DNA of 62,028 nucleotides, filler included, from Choristocarpus tenellus KU-1152 (Eukaryota > Protista > Phaeophyceae): the NCBI GenBank assembly GCA_964200185.2. It is 11 parts of 11 records of this genome, joined end to end, with 100 filler letters (N's around TTAATTAATTAA, not from the genome) between each part and the next. Parts side by side here need not be neighbours in the genome. Positions count along the whole stretch, not along the records: positions 1 to 8,991 come from CAXNAD020004107.1; positions 9,092 to 20,912 come from CAXNAD020002122.1; 9 more parts are not named here. One strand, 5' to 3'. The notes under the pieces are model-generated. The model ran no database searches and had not been told where the DNA came from. It saw nothing but the letters and a program-made list of their open reading frames with translations. Positions 1 to 11,524 of the stretch are shown here, piece after piece. A program made the translations under genes and the position numbers. Numbering within the stretch: position 1 is the stretch's first letter; every line of letters begins with the position of its first letter.

Positions 1-90
1 AAAACAAAACACGGAAAAATGGGCCCCGAAAAAGGGGCCCCAAAAAGAGAGCCGCCCCCCCCCCCCCCCCCCCCCCAGGTACTTTGAATC
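1..90 (-). mobile_element. MITE family B, partial end (low-quality poly-C)
   Basis: Ends in CCCCAGGTACTTTGAATC, matching the family-B terminus; preceded by ggaaaaatgggcccc...gccgcccc as in the copy at 59544-59694. Confidence 0.7.
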
Positions 91-1049
91 ATTGTGATAC
101 TTCGTACTCCAAGCCCTTGCTGCCAAAACCCTGTTGAATATTCAGTTATATACCTACGTATTCTATGAAGTCAGATGTTCTGCTTCACCGACCACGCTGC
201 TGATGGTTGAGGGCTGACTGCCTTGCCCCCAAAAAGGATATGTATATTTGTGAAAAAAAAAAGAACGAGAGCTGAAAAGGATATGTATATTTGTGCTCTG
301 AAGCGTATATATATATATATATATGCTGCCTTTTTTAAAATCTTGTTTACGTATCCGTTCTTCCAACGTTTTCCATCTTCCAGAAACTTGTCATCGAAAT
401 ATCGTTTTTATTGTTCTATTTTTGAGAAAAAAAAATGGTGAACATCCGAAAATTATCGTTCAAATATTGGTTCCGCAATTGCCGCAGGGGGAGGGGTGTC
501 GCACCGTCTCAACATCGATCTACAAGAGTCAATCTGAGGGACTCTGAGGTCATTTCGACTGACTTACAAAACCCATGCATCTTTTTTTTATCAACTGCTG
601 TGATTTAAATGTACGCACCTGTTTTTTTTTTGGATGCCAACTGAACTCCGCCCCGAGCCATGACCGCAATACTGTGTCTTCCAAGGTAGGGCTGACATTG
701 CCTTTATCGCTCTGGCACTCATCAACCAAGCAACCGATTTCGAATCACTCACAGTACAGTTGGTTGTCAACTCTGTAGGGAAGGTAGCCGATAAAAACTC
801 ATGAACGTGTGAACGAGAATCGATTCAACCAGTGTATCGGCGTGCGCACTTAAAAAAAAAATATATATATATATATATATATCGGTATCGTAAAAATGAA
901 AATTGAAAACGAGTCTCTGCTCTCCCACTCCGACGGTGCTACTCACACGCAGGCGACGACTTTGTCGCATGACGTGCCATTCTGGACAGGGGGGAGTGCA
1001 ACGTAGCTGACTGGAAGGGGTTGGTCAGAGCAAACACGAACGGATGACC

Positions 1050-1700
1050 TACTTCAGAAAACCCACATCGTGATTTCCACATGAGGCAGCACGCATGAGC
1101 TGTAGTGCTACAATTTTACTGAAATGATCCTCTACACCCGCCGAAACCACGGATAGGTATATACATACATATATATATATATATATCACTGTCAAAACCT
1201 TTCTTCCTGTATGTACGTACTGCGTAGGAGGGTAAACTTGAGCTTGCCTAAGGTGGAAGGCGCTTTGGAGTACTACAACATAAGGCAATGCCGATTAGCT
1301 TGGCCGGGAGACAGATCTCCTGGGGAGTGGGAACAGGTGCCATGAAGGGGGATCACCTGTGTCTTGAGACAGCTCAACCTTTCCCTTGCCTCCCTCTCTG
1401 CCCCAGCCTCGGCCAATCGTTTGTCCTCATCCGGCACACCAACCCTGTCATTAAACAACCTCTCTGTATCCTCCAAGATATACTCCAAGATTTCTACACA
1501 CCTGTCGCTTGCCCTGCTGGTCTCTCCCACCCTAGCCTGGTACATCCACCAACGGACAATTGGCAGTTAGTTCTGGAACAGGGGTACATGCACTTTCCCC
1601 CCCAAAAAAAGGATGAAAACAACCCCAGAGATGAGACAGTTGCACAGCACGTTTTCATGAGAGAGCTGTAGAAGCTGGCAAGGGGTGATAGATTACCAAT
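1050..1700 (-). pseudogene. Degraded transposase-like fragment, possibly KDZ/CxC (HMGXB3-like) type
   Basis: Frameshifted pieces TGDPPSWHLFPLPRRSVSRP and LMRAASCGNHDVGF resemble the G.LFP....RP and C.C.H...GF motifs of this class; interrupted by a (TA)n tract, with MITE-A just upstream. Confidence 0.3.
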
Positions 1701-1760
1701 AGGATGGAATGAGGAGAAGGGGGTGATTGAAGACCAATGGGCATGAGGAGCAAGTGGGCA

Positions 1761-2020
1761 GAGTGATAGTATCTTAGAGGGTATGAGTTTTCCCTGTTTG
1801 TCCATTTGGGGCTTGGCTTCCCATGGGGGTTTTTATGACATTTTCCTACTCCAAAAAGTTTTGGAGCAGGCATAATATATGTAAGTTATGAAACGGTGTG
1901 TCCGCAGTAAGGATATTGACACTTTCTAACAAACACGATAGCCAAAATTACATCAAAATCGAAACATTGGATTTTGGCCCCCAAATGGACGCGTCCCTAC
2001 CCTCTAAGACACTTTGGCTC
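1761..2020 (+). mobile_element. MITE family A (260 bp), no TSD
   Basis: 23-bp TIR GAGTGATAGTATCTTAGAGGGTA / TACCCTCTAAGACACTTTGGCTC; body matches the other copies; flanks ggca / attt differ. Confidence 0.9.
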
Positions 2021-2134
2021 ATTTTGTTCTGAATGCCTATGATCAGTACAGATTGGGAGGGGGGGTGCGAGGAGCATGTGATAAGGGTGCGTCTCTGAAA
2101 AAACTTTAAATAATGAAGAAAGTGGTAGGGTCAT

Positions 2135-2414
2135 GGATGGGGGTGTAAATATATATTCAGCAAAAATATACTTTCAAATACTTAGTAACTTTTATATTGA
2201 TTATATTCTTATTGAAAACGTGGGTCAACCGTAAACAAACTTCTTACATTATTCCATACTAATCAAAGACTGTGGTTAGGCCACAGATGGGGGGGTGTAT
2301 GCACACTGGGCAAAAATATATTTCCGAATACTTGGCACCTTTTATGTAGATTATATTGTTTTGGAAATGCACGCCAACCGTAAACAAATTTCTTACATTA
2401 AGTCCATACTAATC
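2135..2414. repeat. Diverged tandem duplication, period about 150 bp
   Basis: gatggggg..gcaaaaatata..aatactt..gattatatt..caaccgtaaacaaa.ttcttacatta..ccatactaatc occurs at about 2135-2264 and 2286-2414. Confidence 0.8.
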
Positions 2415-2499
2415 TGACTTGCACTCAACTATTCATTCACATTGACACATACACACGGTGTTAGATCTAGCTAGAAAAATATTAGTATCATTTAGAAGG

Positions 2500-3564
2500 T
2501 TATTCATGGCTAAACATCACCTTCAAGTCCACCACCTCCCGTTGGAAGCCCCTGGATGTTTGAAGAAACCTTCCTTGCATGGCCCCCTCGCCAAGACCAC
2601 CGATGCTCTTGCTGTCGCCCCCCTCCAACTCGCTCTGCCCTATGCCATGAACTTTGTACAATCTTTCATCCCTGACAAAATTGCTAGAAACATCACTTCT
2701 ATTTCTACAGTGACCGGGCTTTGGTAGCGGTGGTTCCCAGATTGAGGGGCAGGGAGATGCTGACCGAGGTCGCTGCCTGGATAGTTGCCTGGATAACCTG
2801 TTGCTTCCCTCAAACTGCCCCACTCCTGCGTCCCTGTGCCTCCACGTTGCCCTGCTTCCCTGCCTTTTGCACGGGTCAGATGTTGTTTGTAGGATGTGAT
2901 CCTGGAAAACCATGCAATCATCTGAATTGCTGCAAGAGAGATCATGTGGACAACTCAAGTTGGAGGTCTCTTTGCCGCCATGTAGACTCCCTGAGGAGCT
3001 GTTGAGTCTCTCCTCCTGTCCCCCCTTACCCTCACCCTCTTCAACATTCCTAACCCTACTAAACGGTGCAGCCTTACCCTCTACATTCTCCCTCCGTGAA
3101 GCCTCTTGTTCCCCCCTGATAGAGTCCCTGGAAGAGATATTATCTCTCGAGAAGGGGTAATCCATCCCCCACCTCTCTCTCCGAGCTCCTCCTTCTGAAC
3201 AACTCAATCCTGTGTCTTCTTGGTGGAATGACACAGACAATTCGCCTTTCAACATCAGGGACTGGGATAGAACCAAGGCTTTGTCAGACTCACTTGCCTC
3301 AATCCGTTCAGGGAACCTTGATCGATATTCCTTACACATCTTGAGGACCTCAAGGAGCAGTTCCTCGCCCTCTGTTGGCAGGGACACTTCACGTCTTTGC
3401 TTGCATGCACTGCTTTTGGGGGAGAAAGGAAGGTGTACAAAAGGGAGTCGTGAAGTTGGGGGTATGTATGGATTAGGAGGAGGTACGGCTTTGAAGGGTA
3501 GGGTTGGTCTATGGAGTGCACGGCAAGGAGAGAAAGAAAGGGTACAGGATCTGATACTTGCCAC
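2500..3564 (-). other. Intronless 354-codon low-complexity ORF of unknown function, probably TE-derived
   Basis: Long open frame in an otherwise intron-rich genome; no recognisable domain; lies in tandem with 3883-6210. Confidence 0.35.
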
Positions 3565-3882
3565 AGAGATCGACTCAAATCAACGGTTTGTTGATGAGTT
3601 GTGATTGGACTACGATGGAAAGTAGAGGCTGTCTAAGGTATGTGATTGGGTTGGGTTGAGTTTGCGCTTCCAATTGTGAAGGGCAGGAACACTCGTGAAG
3701 ATAGGAAAATGCACCAAAGTCATTTTTGACGTAAATATACTATTTAACCCAGTGCTTAGCCATCACTTGCCACCACAAAGAGTCTCTTGCTCTTCCATGG
3801 CAGCAGTGTTGACATGGGCTCTGTTGTCATTCTGCCTGAACTGTTCACGATAAAGGCACACAACACAAGTAAATGCACATTA

Positions 3883-6210
3883 TTACCTGCTCCAGTCCCC
3901 CCCACTGCTTCCGCTGGCTCCACCATTTCCAACCAATAGACCTTGGAAGTGGGAGGGGGAACTGAAGACCATGACAGGCCTCCCACCTCCTTGCAATTGT
4001 CGGGCCTGAGGTAAACTTGTGCCCAACCGCCCATCCACAGCCCAAGGATGATCTTCTGGTTCCATATGTGTCACTGCAAAAACGTTTTCCCCTCCAACCT
4101 TTTTATGGCTACAGTTCCTTGGGTGGCTACATGAAGCTTCACATTGCTGCCACCTAGTTGACCCCTCATCGTGCCTGATACGGTGTGAAAGGCAATTTTT
4201 GAAAATGTAACATGTGAACCAAGATGGTGTTGCCCAGAGAGGATACCCTTGGATAATGCTTGGGGCATCGACACAAAATGGAGTTGCCCCATTGTTTTTT
4301 ATTCGTTGGCTGCGTACAAGTGATAGGGATGAGAAGGCACCGCCCACACCCACACCTACTTCCGATATCTCGCATCCCTCATCCTCCTTTGAAACATTGA
4401 CTAAAGATGGAAGGGATTCCACTGACAGGATCACCGTATTTTTTGATTGGAATGAAGGGTTGTTTTCTTCGACAGTTGTGCAACCAGCATGTGACTCCTG
4501 TCTTCCTATCACAGGGGTTTCAGGGTCCTGCACCCTCTCTGATTGTGATACTGAGTTTGGGTGATCAAGGAAGAAGTGCTCATTGGTGCTCCTAGACGAA
4601 ACCTCAACCCTGTCACTACCACGACCAAGTTGCATGTTCAGAATTTGTTCTAAGTCACCATCATTCTCCTCTCTTTCCTGTACCTGGAGAGGTGTTACTA
4701 CTTCCCCAGCTGCAGTGCTTTTCTTCGCCTCTGCTACCTCTTCTGCTGCCACTACCCTATCCCTCACTTTCCTCCTTTCTTGTTGAACAGCCTTCTTTGC
4801 CGTGTGCAGGATATGCGACCGTGCCAATCTTCTCGATGTATGCAGACCACAATCAGAGCCAAACACTGATGTCCAAACAGTTTGCCGGAGTCGTGTCGTG
4901 GCATCAACAGGGGACACATGCATGGTATTCAAAGGGTTTGGTTCATGGTAGGTTTGATCAGGTCCAGGCACCTTGGCAACTGTTTCGACTGTTGTACCAG
5001 TGTTATTTGTGTTGACCGCAATAGCAACATATTGCACTCCTCTACCTAGAACCCCTGATGTGAGAGCCGGCCTCAATGAGCAAAATTTGTCCAGGGACAG
5101 AGGGGTAATGTAGGAATGTTGGCATGCCACCATCTTCCTCCCCGAAGATTCTACCTCAGCTTCCCCTGCCCACCTCATTCCCTCTGTGGCACTCTCCCTT
5201 CTCAGTTGTTGCTCGGGTACATCCCCTAGATGGGAAGATGTGATGCCTGAAACCGTTTGCGTTGGTGCAACCGCATTCAATTGAATTTTCTCCCCCCATG
5301 ACTCGCTATAAGAGTGACTATCCTTCCTGACTTCGTCACTGTTATCACTGTTGCTATCAGAACTCGTTGACCTTGGGAACGGAAATGCCGATTCAGTCTC
5401 TTGGCAATGTTGTGGCAATGGAATTTCCTTGTCAACCTTTCCTGCTGGCGATTGTTTACCTGGTTTGAGATCCAGAGCCAGGTCAATTTCCCGGTGGTAT
5501 GGGCAGGACGTACACATGTCTCCTTTTGTTGATGAACGGTGGTGAGTTGCGTGGAGATCAACTGGCTTCCTCCCGCCCATGATCCTTGCGGCATTGTTGT
5601 CCAACCTCTTTTTTTCAAGAATCCTCGCTATAAAAGACTCCGCCTTAGCCATAACTGCCTTGTTTGTACCTATGCCGTTGTGCTCATGATAATAGAGACG
5701 ATTATTGTCATTGAGGACACCATCGGAGGATTCTGAATCCCACCATTTATTACGTTGCCCTTTCTGCACTTGGTCACGGCTTCTGGGTCTTTGGGAATCC
5801 GATTGTGCGCAAGATTCCCGCCCTTGGTGGTACGATACACCATTGAGGATGCCGGTTCCACGTTGTTTTTTTCTCCGGTTTTGTGATGACGTTCTGTTGG
5901 GCGGGGTGACTGGTCCTCTCCCTCCTTGAATCTTGTCGCTGCCTCCACCCTGCCGACTACGAGGTCGAGTGGCACATAATGAGGCCATTGCACTAGCTGG
6001 TCGACAGGAGGGAGGCCTTCCATGACTAGGGAGGGCTTTTTTCTCCGCCAGGGAACCTATTGCTGCACTGCGGAACTGTTGCCGTCCACAAGGGGCCGAT
6101 TTGGAAGATGTTGGCCTGGAGCTTGGGGGCCTGCAAGTCACGTGCGTTGTGCCACATATAGGTTCGGTAATGGAAACAAATGATGTAGAGGTCTGGGTTG
6201 GTAGCCACAA
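3883..6210 (-). other. Intronless 775-codon Ser/Arg/Gly-rich ORF, probably a TE gag/ORF1-like gene, with a frameshifted C-terminal domain to about 3756
   Basis: Longest ORF in the window; mostly disordered with a short coiled segment (AKKAVQQERRKVRDRVVAAEE); no catalytic motifs. Confidence 0.45.
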
Positions 6211-7962
6211 TGTAGAATCTCCTTGGAATTTCGCGCTTCCACGCGTAAGTCAGTAATCATCTTGGCTTCGTTCGCAATTTCTGATTATGCAAACCACTGT
6301 TGTATAATAGGATGGGCATCGAGTCAAAGGCCGGTCATAACATGAAGCTTTATTAGTCACCATTCGGAACCTACCTTGGCACATGTTGTGTGTAGATATG
6401 GCGAGCTGTAAGCTTGGTTTGCAACGACAACGTTGTCTCTGTATCCGGTCTACTATGTGACCTGGGCCTCTTTTTTCCGCGTTCAGTGCCCATGGTGATG
6501 GTTTGTGACAACAGTGAACGTAGCCACCCTTAGTGACGACTTAATACTTCCCAATCCAGCCCTTGATAGAACTACCTCCGTACATCCTCACGCCGTGCCG
6601 TAGGTCCCCACTTGCTCTCCATGCTAGGAAATGCGTCGCAGGATACTTTTTGTTAGGGATAAACCAACAGTTACACGTGTGTAGGAGCGGCAGTACACGC
6701 ACGTGAGTTTAGTACTACTATTCTGTGAAGTATGGACAGTTCATTCATTTATTCATATATTCATATATTAATATATTAATATATTAATTTATCCTTCTAC
6801 GACCATTCTTGAGGACTGTAAGAGATTGGTAATTTACTGGGCTAGGTCAGTCTGTGACAGGTCACAGTCCCGCACTGTTATCTTTGATTTACGCTCAATT
6901 GGTCCCATGCCCCCTTTCTAAAAGTTGACTAAGGATGGGTCCCCTATATCCTCGCACATCAGGTGAAAACAACGAATTTTGTATCTCGTGTTAGGACTTC
7001 TGGACGGTAATTTATCCCTCACCCCAGTCAACCCATACTCTCTAGGGCTATAGAAAGTCATTTTCATCAGGAACAAACATTTTTCAGGCACACAAACAAC
7101 AAGGAGGGTTACACGCTGCCAGATCCGCAGATAGACAGCACACATCATCACCCAATCACAACATTGTTTCTGAACACAATATAAAGCCCACACCAAATAA
7201 AACGCAGAAACCTGCAATTTCCAACTGTTGAAAGCAGGGTTGTCTGTTGCTATAGATTCACACAAACAATCGTTCCGGAACTTGCGGTTCCCACACAAAT
7301 GTTCGTCCATTGGTTATTGTTGTAGAGGCAATTTTCCGCTATCAGATTCAAAGTAGTAATGCTGTGATCCCTTGAATTCCAATCTTCCTCATCTCATTAC
7401 TCCGTACACGAAGGTTAACCCCACATCTTTGTTTTGCACTGGCTCAGGAATTCTACCTGTGGATCGAGTAGTACTGAGGCGGCGCAGTTCAATCAGACAA
7501 GGGTGGCAAAAGGAAGAATCACCAGCGATTGGAAATGGACCGAGAGGGATCACGCAGGACCGTAATAGAGAGGACAAAGTAAGATGTTGGACAAGAACAG
7601 GTGTGGACCGGAAGAAACCTCCAGCATTTAGTTACTCTGAAGAGAGTCCACTGCGGAAACTTAGTTCTAGAAGATTGAGACCCTACGAAACTCAACACAA
7701 ACTTAATGAGGAACCAGGGTATGGGATTAGGCCTCACTGGAACCTGTCAGCAGTTTACTAGGGGTCTTCACTGGTCCGAAGTGGATGGTGTCGCAATTGG
7801 ACGATGCAATCCATTTGTGCATCAATGTGTTTTCACGTTTGTTTGACACAGTTGCCAAAGTTGAGGAACTAAGTGGAGTACCTTGGTGGCCTAAGGAGTT
7901 CAGAAGTATTCAGAAAGTGTGCAATGAAAAGAGGCATAGGATCGTTTTCACTGATTATTTTA

Positions 7963-8869
7963 CTCCCTCTATCCCACAAGTCTGTGCCGTTAAGCTGTGT
8001 AGCTCTTCGAGATAACCTCTGATTTCAAAATTAATTTTTGCTTGAATTCCTTAGAACATTCTACAGTAACACACAAATATAATAATTCTGCAAAGAATTC
8101 TGTTCTGAAATGGTTCTCCGAGAGTATGGAACACAGAATGGGGAATATTCAGCTCATTTGTTAATGGTCTTGGTGCAGTGTAGAGCTGGCCACCACTCTC
8201 ACAACCCCATCAGTACGCACTCGAGTGCATACCCCTCCAACGGCTCTCCACATCGACAGCAAGGGAACACAGAGTCTATCTACTCGCATACAGCACACAT
8301 ACAGCCCCCATGGCGAGCCCTCAGAGCTCATCGGACACCAGGACAGCACAGTCCCATATACAGGCAAACACAGGGAAGGAGGACAGTGGTATATTAAGCT
8401 CATGACGTACCCAGCGCAGTAACCAGATCTAAACATCAATTATTTGTTTTTTTTCGAATTCCGGAAGAGCAGGATTTGAGTGGAGTGTTACGGCACCATT
8501 GGTGACATTGTAGAGGGAGATACGAACATGTTCCTCTCATACGACATAGACACGCTCGAGAGAGTGTGGTAGAGTCTATTTAGGAGATACAAGCAGGTGT
8601 GGAGAGCGCTGGGGAGGAACGATTTAGAGGTAGAGTACACGGGGACCAAAAAAAGGCAGCAGGAGGGTGGGATGGCTACAGTGGTCGAAGTGGATTGAGT
8701 CGCCTACAACGCTGCTCTGGACCGGTGGATTGATGGTGTCAAGTAGAGGCGAGACTTATTTCTTTCATCTAGAATATTCTGAGGAATCCGAAGCAAAGGT
8801 CCATTTTGTGATCGGAGGTCATCTCGAAGAGTTACAAATTAACGGCACAGACATATGGGATAGAGGGAT
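7963..8869 (+). mobile_element. Internally deleted DD39D-type mariner with about 110-bp imperfect TIRs
   Basis: TA|CTCCCTCTATCCCACAAGTCTGTGCCGTTAA at 7961 and the inverted TTAACGGCACAGACATATGGGATAGAGGGA at 8839-8868; internal transposase C-terminus HQDSTVPYTGK..IKLMTYPAQ*PDLNIN..YDIDTLERVW*SLFRRY..GRND. Confidence 0.85.
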
Positions 8870-8918
8870 TTTGACATCAGAAAACAATGGTAACTTGCAG
8901 ACAAGCAGGTCAATTGCT

Positions 8919-8991
8919 GGCTCAAAGTATCTGGGGGGGGTGACGGCGGCCCATTTGGGGTCAATTTTTTCATGTCGCGATTTTTGGGTGA
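8919..8991 (+). mobile_element. MITE family B, 5' part truncated by contig end
   Basis: GGCTCAAAGTATCTGGGGGGGG..CCATTTGGGG..CATGTCGCGATTTTTGGGTGA. Confidence 0.85.
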
Positions 8992-9091
8992 NNNNNNNNN
9001 NNNNNNNNNNNNNNNNNNNNNNNNNNNNNNNNNNNTTAATTAATTAANNNNNNNNNNNNNNNNNNNNNNNNNNNNNNNNNNNNNNNNNNNN
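8992..9091. other. Artificial assembly linker N44-TTAATTAATTAA-N44; identical linkers at 20913-21012, 25752-25851, 29263-29362, 32577-32676, 35581-35680, 49995-50094, 53116-53215, 56445-56544, 59236-59335
   Basis: Ten identical 100-nt spacers whose core has stop codons in all six frames. Confidence 0.98.
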
Positions 9092-9149
9092 TTATTGGGA
9101 AATGAGGGCTCACAAAAAACAAAATAATTTTTTTTTTTCTCCCCTCGCC

Positions 9150-9182
9150 CCCCCCCCCCCCCCCCCCCAGGTACTTTGGGTC
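9150..9182 (+). mobile_element. MITE family B terminus
   Basis: Poly-C followed by AGGTACTTTGGGTC. Confidence 0.75.
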
Positions 9183-10019
9183 ATGTGTGATGTACCGATG
9201 GGACATACCAAATGTCGAGGATGCTTGTATGGCAACCACATTGGGTCTTGCGACATTGTACAAGGTCTATACATTCACCTTGTGCGATCTGACCATACTC
9301 CTTGATATGATGGAACACAGTGATTCGGGAAATTTCAAAGTCCTCCGTGATGGTCGCCGCCGTCCCCTGAGACATACGAGTCTCACACCTTCTTGCCTGC
9401 ACGCATTGTGCCACCATTTTGTTCTTTGTTGCGGTGTTTAAGTCTGAATCCTGCACAGACTTCTGGACCGAAAAATTGGGACCGACGGATGATGACAGGA
9501 TGAGCAAGCCACTCGAATGACGAGGGGTATTCATCCTAACCATGCCAATAAACACCCGCTTTGGCAGTTCACAAGGTTTTTGAAACCTTTTGAACGCAAC
9601 TTAATCGACTTTGCACAGGTATAACAGCTCACCAAACAAAATTTGCAAGGCTCCCAATCTATGTGAGAATTAAGCTTCGTCCAGAGGGTTTATCACATAG
9701 ATCGTTCCCAGGCAAGAACAGACAGACTTGCAAAAGTTACGTTACATTTGAGTAAAAGTATCCTAGTTTGGGGCTCGGTTTCCCACTTAAGGCATTTTCC
9801 CATTCCGAAATATTTCGGAATTGGTAAAATGTATACGTTTTGGAGTAGGTCTCATAAATAAAATGATGAAAAGGTGTGTCTGGAACAAGGATATTGGCAC
9901 TTCCTCACAAATACGATAGCTAAAATTACATCAAATTGCAACATTAGATTTTGGCCCTCAAATGGACGCGGCAGTTCCCTCTAAGATACTTTCACTCATT
10001 TCATTCTGAACGTAAGAAG
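9183..10019 (-). mobile_element. 5' part of a mariner relic (N-terminal DNA-binding region), interrupted by MITE-A and truncated by MITE-B
   Basis: EDFEISRITVFHHIKEYGQ..DLVQCRKTQCG aligns with DEFKVSKNYPGHLWKRVTEQ..GLMKRIRSGQP of the neighbouring mariner; degenerate CTTCTTACGTTCAG terminus at about 10019. Confidence 0.55.
9750..9997 (+). mobile_element. MITE family A, 4-bp TSD ATTT
   Basis: attt|GAGTAAAAGTATCC...CTAAGATACTTTCACTC|attt. Confidence 0.9.
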
Positions 10020-10499
10020 CATCTAAATGAGACCTTGATTACTTACTCAAACATTAAGTATATTTCTCTTCCTGCATTAAAAAGAATTAATATCTGCTCA
10101 AGTTTAGAAAAGTAATACAATCTGTAGCATTCAAGTCCTACAGGGTCTTGGTGGCTAAGCAACAGGGTAAGGAGGATTTTCACCAGATGAAAAAAAAAAT
10201 GGTTTCAAATGCCATCGGTGCCAGAATTCTTTTCACATAATTCTGTTATGATTATGCAAATTCCACATGGAAGGGCATTACGTGTTGAACATCTGTACTA
10301 TCCTATCTGTTGCTATAATCACAACAATGCCAAAGGTGGGAAGACTTTGTTGCCAAGCAACACCAAGGCGGGGTCCAGGGTCCAGCAATAAATATACAAG
10401 TTTGCGGAATATATATATATATGTGTGTAACTCTTTGAGATCAACTCCAGTTGCAAAACGGATTGTTGCACTGGATTCCTCAACGTTTTTTGGATTAGA

Positions 10500-10760
10500 G
10501 AGTGAAAGTATCTTAGAGGGTAAGAGTTTTTCCCTTTTTGTCCATTTGTGGCTTGTCTTCCCATGTTATTTTTATGACATTTTCCTACTCTAAAATATTT
10601 TGGAGTGGGCAAGATGTTTATGTTATGAAAAGGTGTGTTCGGAACAAGGAAAAATAGCATCTCCAAAAAAAAAAACACTAACCAAAATTACATCAAAATT
10701 GCAACATTGGATTTTGACCCTCAAATGGACGCGGCCCTACCCTCTAAGATATTTTGCCTC
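10500..10760 (+). mobile_element. MITE family A, 3-bp TSD AGA
   Basis: aga|GAGTGAAAGTATCTTAGAGGGTA...TACCCTCTAAGATATTTTGCCTC|aga. Confidence 0.9.
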
Positions 10761-11267
10761 AGAATCAGTCATCGGCACTGTCCCCTGCATCAATCCGCCA
10801 AGAAAGGTCCATCTCGTATGTGTCTTCGTCCATTTCCACCGCTCTCACCAACTCCCTTTTCTGCCTTTTGCTCACTTCCCGCGTGCTAGAGCTTGGAATC
10901 GTTACCACCCCATGCTTTGAGTATTTCCGTGTACCTCTTCAAAATGCTCTGCCACAGCCTCTCAAGCATCTCACTGTCATATTCGTCGAACATTGCCAAA
11001 ACGCCCCCAACCATCTCATCAATCATGTCGTAACCCTCCTTCCCGACTCTTCTTTCGAGGGGAGCAAAACCCCAGGTCATCTACGTTCAGATCTGGCAAT
11101 TGTGCTGGCTGCATCGCGCTTGCTATTCCATCCCCCCTCCCTGCCGGCCTCCTTGAGCTTCCGTGGTGTGTTGTGGCCAGTGTGGGTCATGGCACTTTCC
11201 TTCTGCACAATTGCATCCTCATGATATAACCAGGGAATCTTCCACTTGATTGTCAGCAGAAGAGTCT

Positions 11268-11524
11268 GAGTGGAAGTACCTTAGAGGGTACGAGTTTTGC
11301 CCTATTTGTCCGTTTGGGCTTGGCTTTCCATGGGTTTTTTATGACAATTTCCTACTCTGAAATGTTTTGAAGCAGGAAAAATGTATACATTATGAAAAGG
11401 TGTGTGTCTGGAACAAGGATATTGGCACTTTCTAACTATCACGATGGCTAAATTACATCAAAATCGCTACCTTGGATTTTGGCCCCAAACGGAAGCGGCT
11501 CTACCCCCTAAGATACTTTGACTC
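11268..11524 (+). mobile_element. MITE family A inserted in the mariner transposase CDS, 3-bp TSD TCT
   Basis: tct|GAGTGGAAGTACC...AGATACTTTGACTC|tct; transposase sequence continues on both sides. Confidence 0.9.

Noticed and set aside
1494-1873. Recurring short peptides such as YPLRYF and ESILEG in many ORFs
   Set aside because: Translations of the MITE-A TIR, not a protein family
9036-9047. Recurrent palindrome TTAATTAATTAA
   Set aside because: Always centred in N44 blocks; an artificial six-frame-stop linker, not biological
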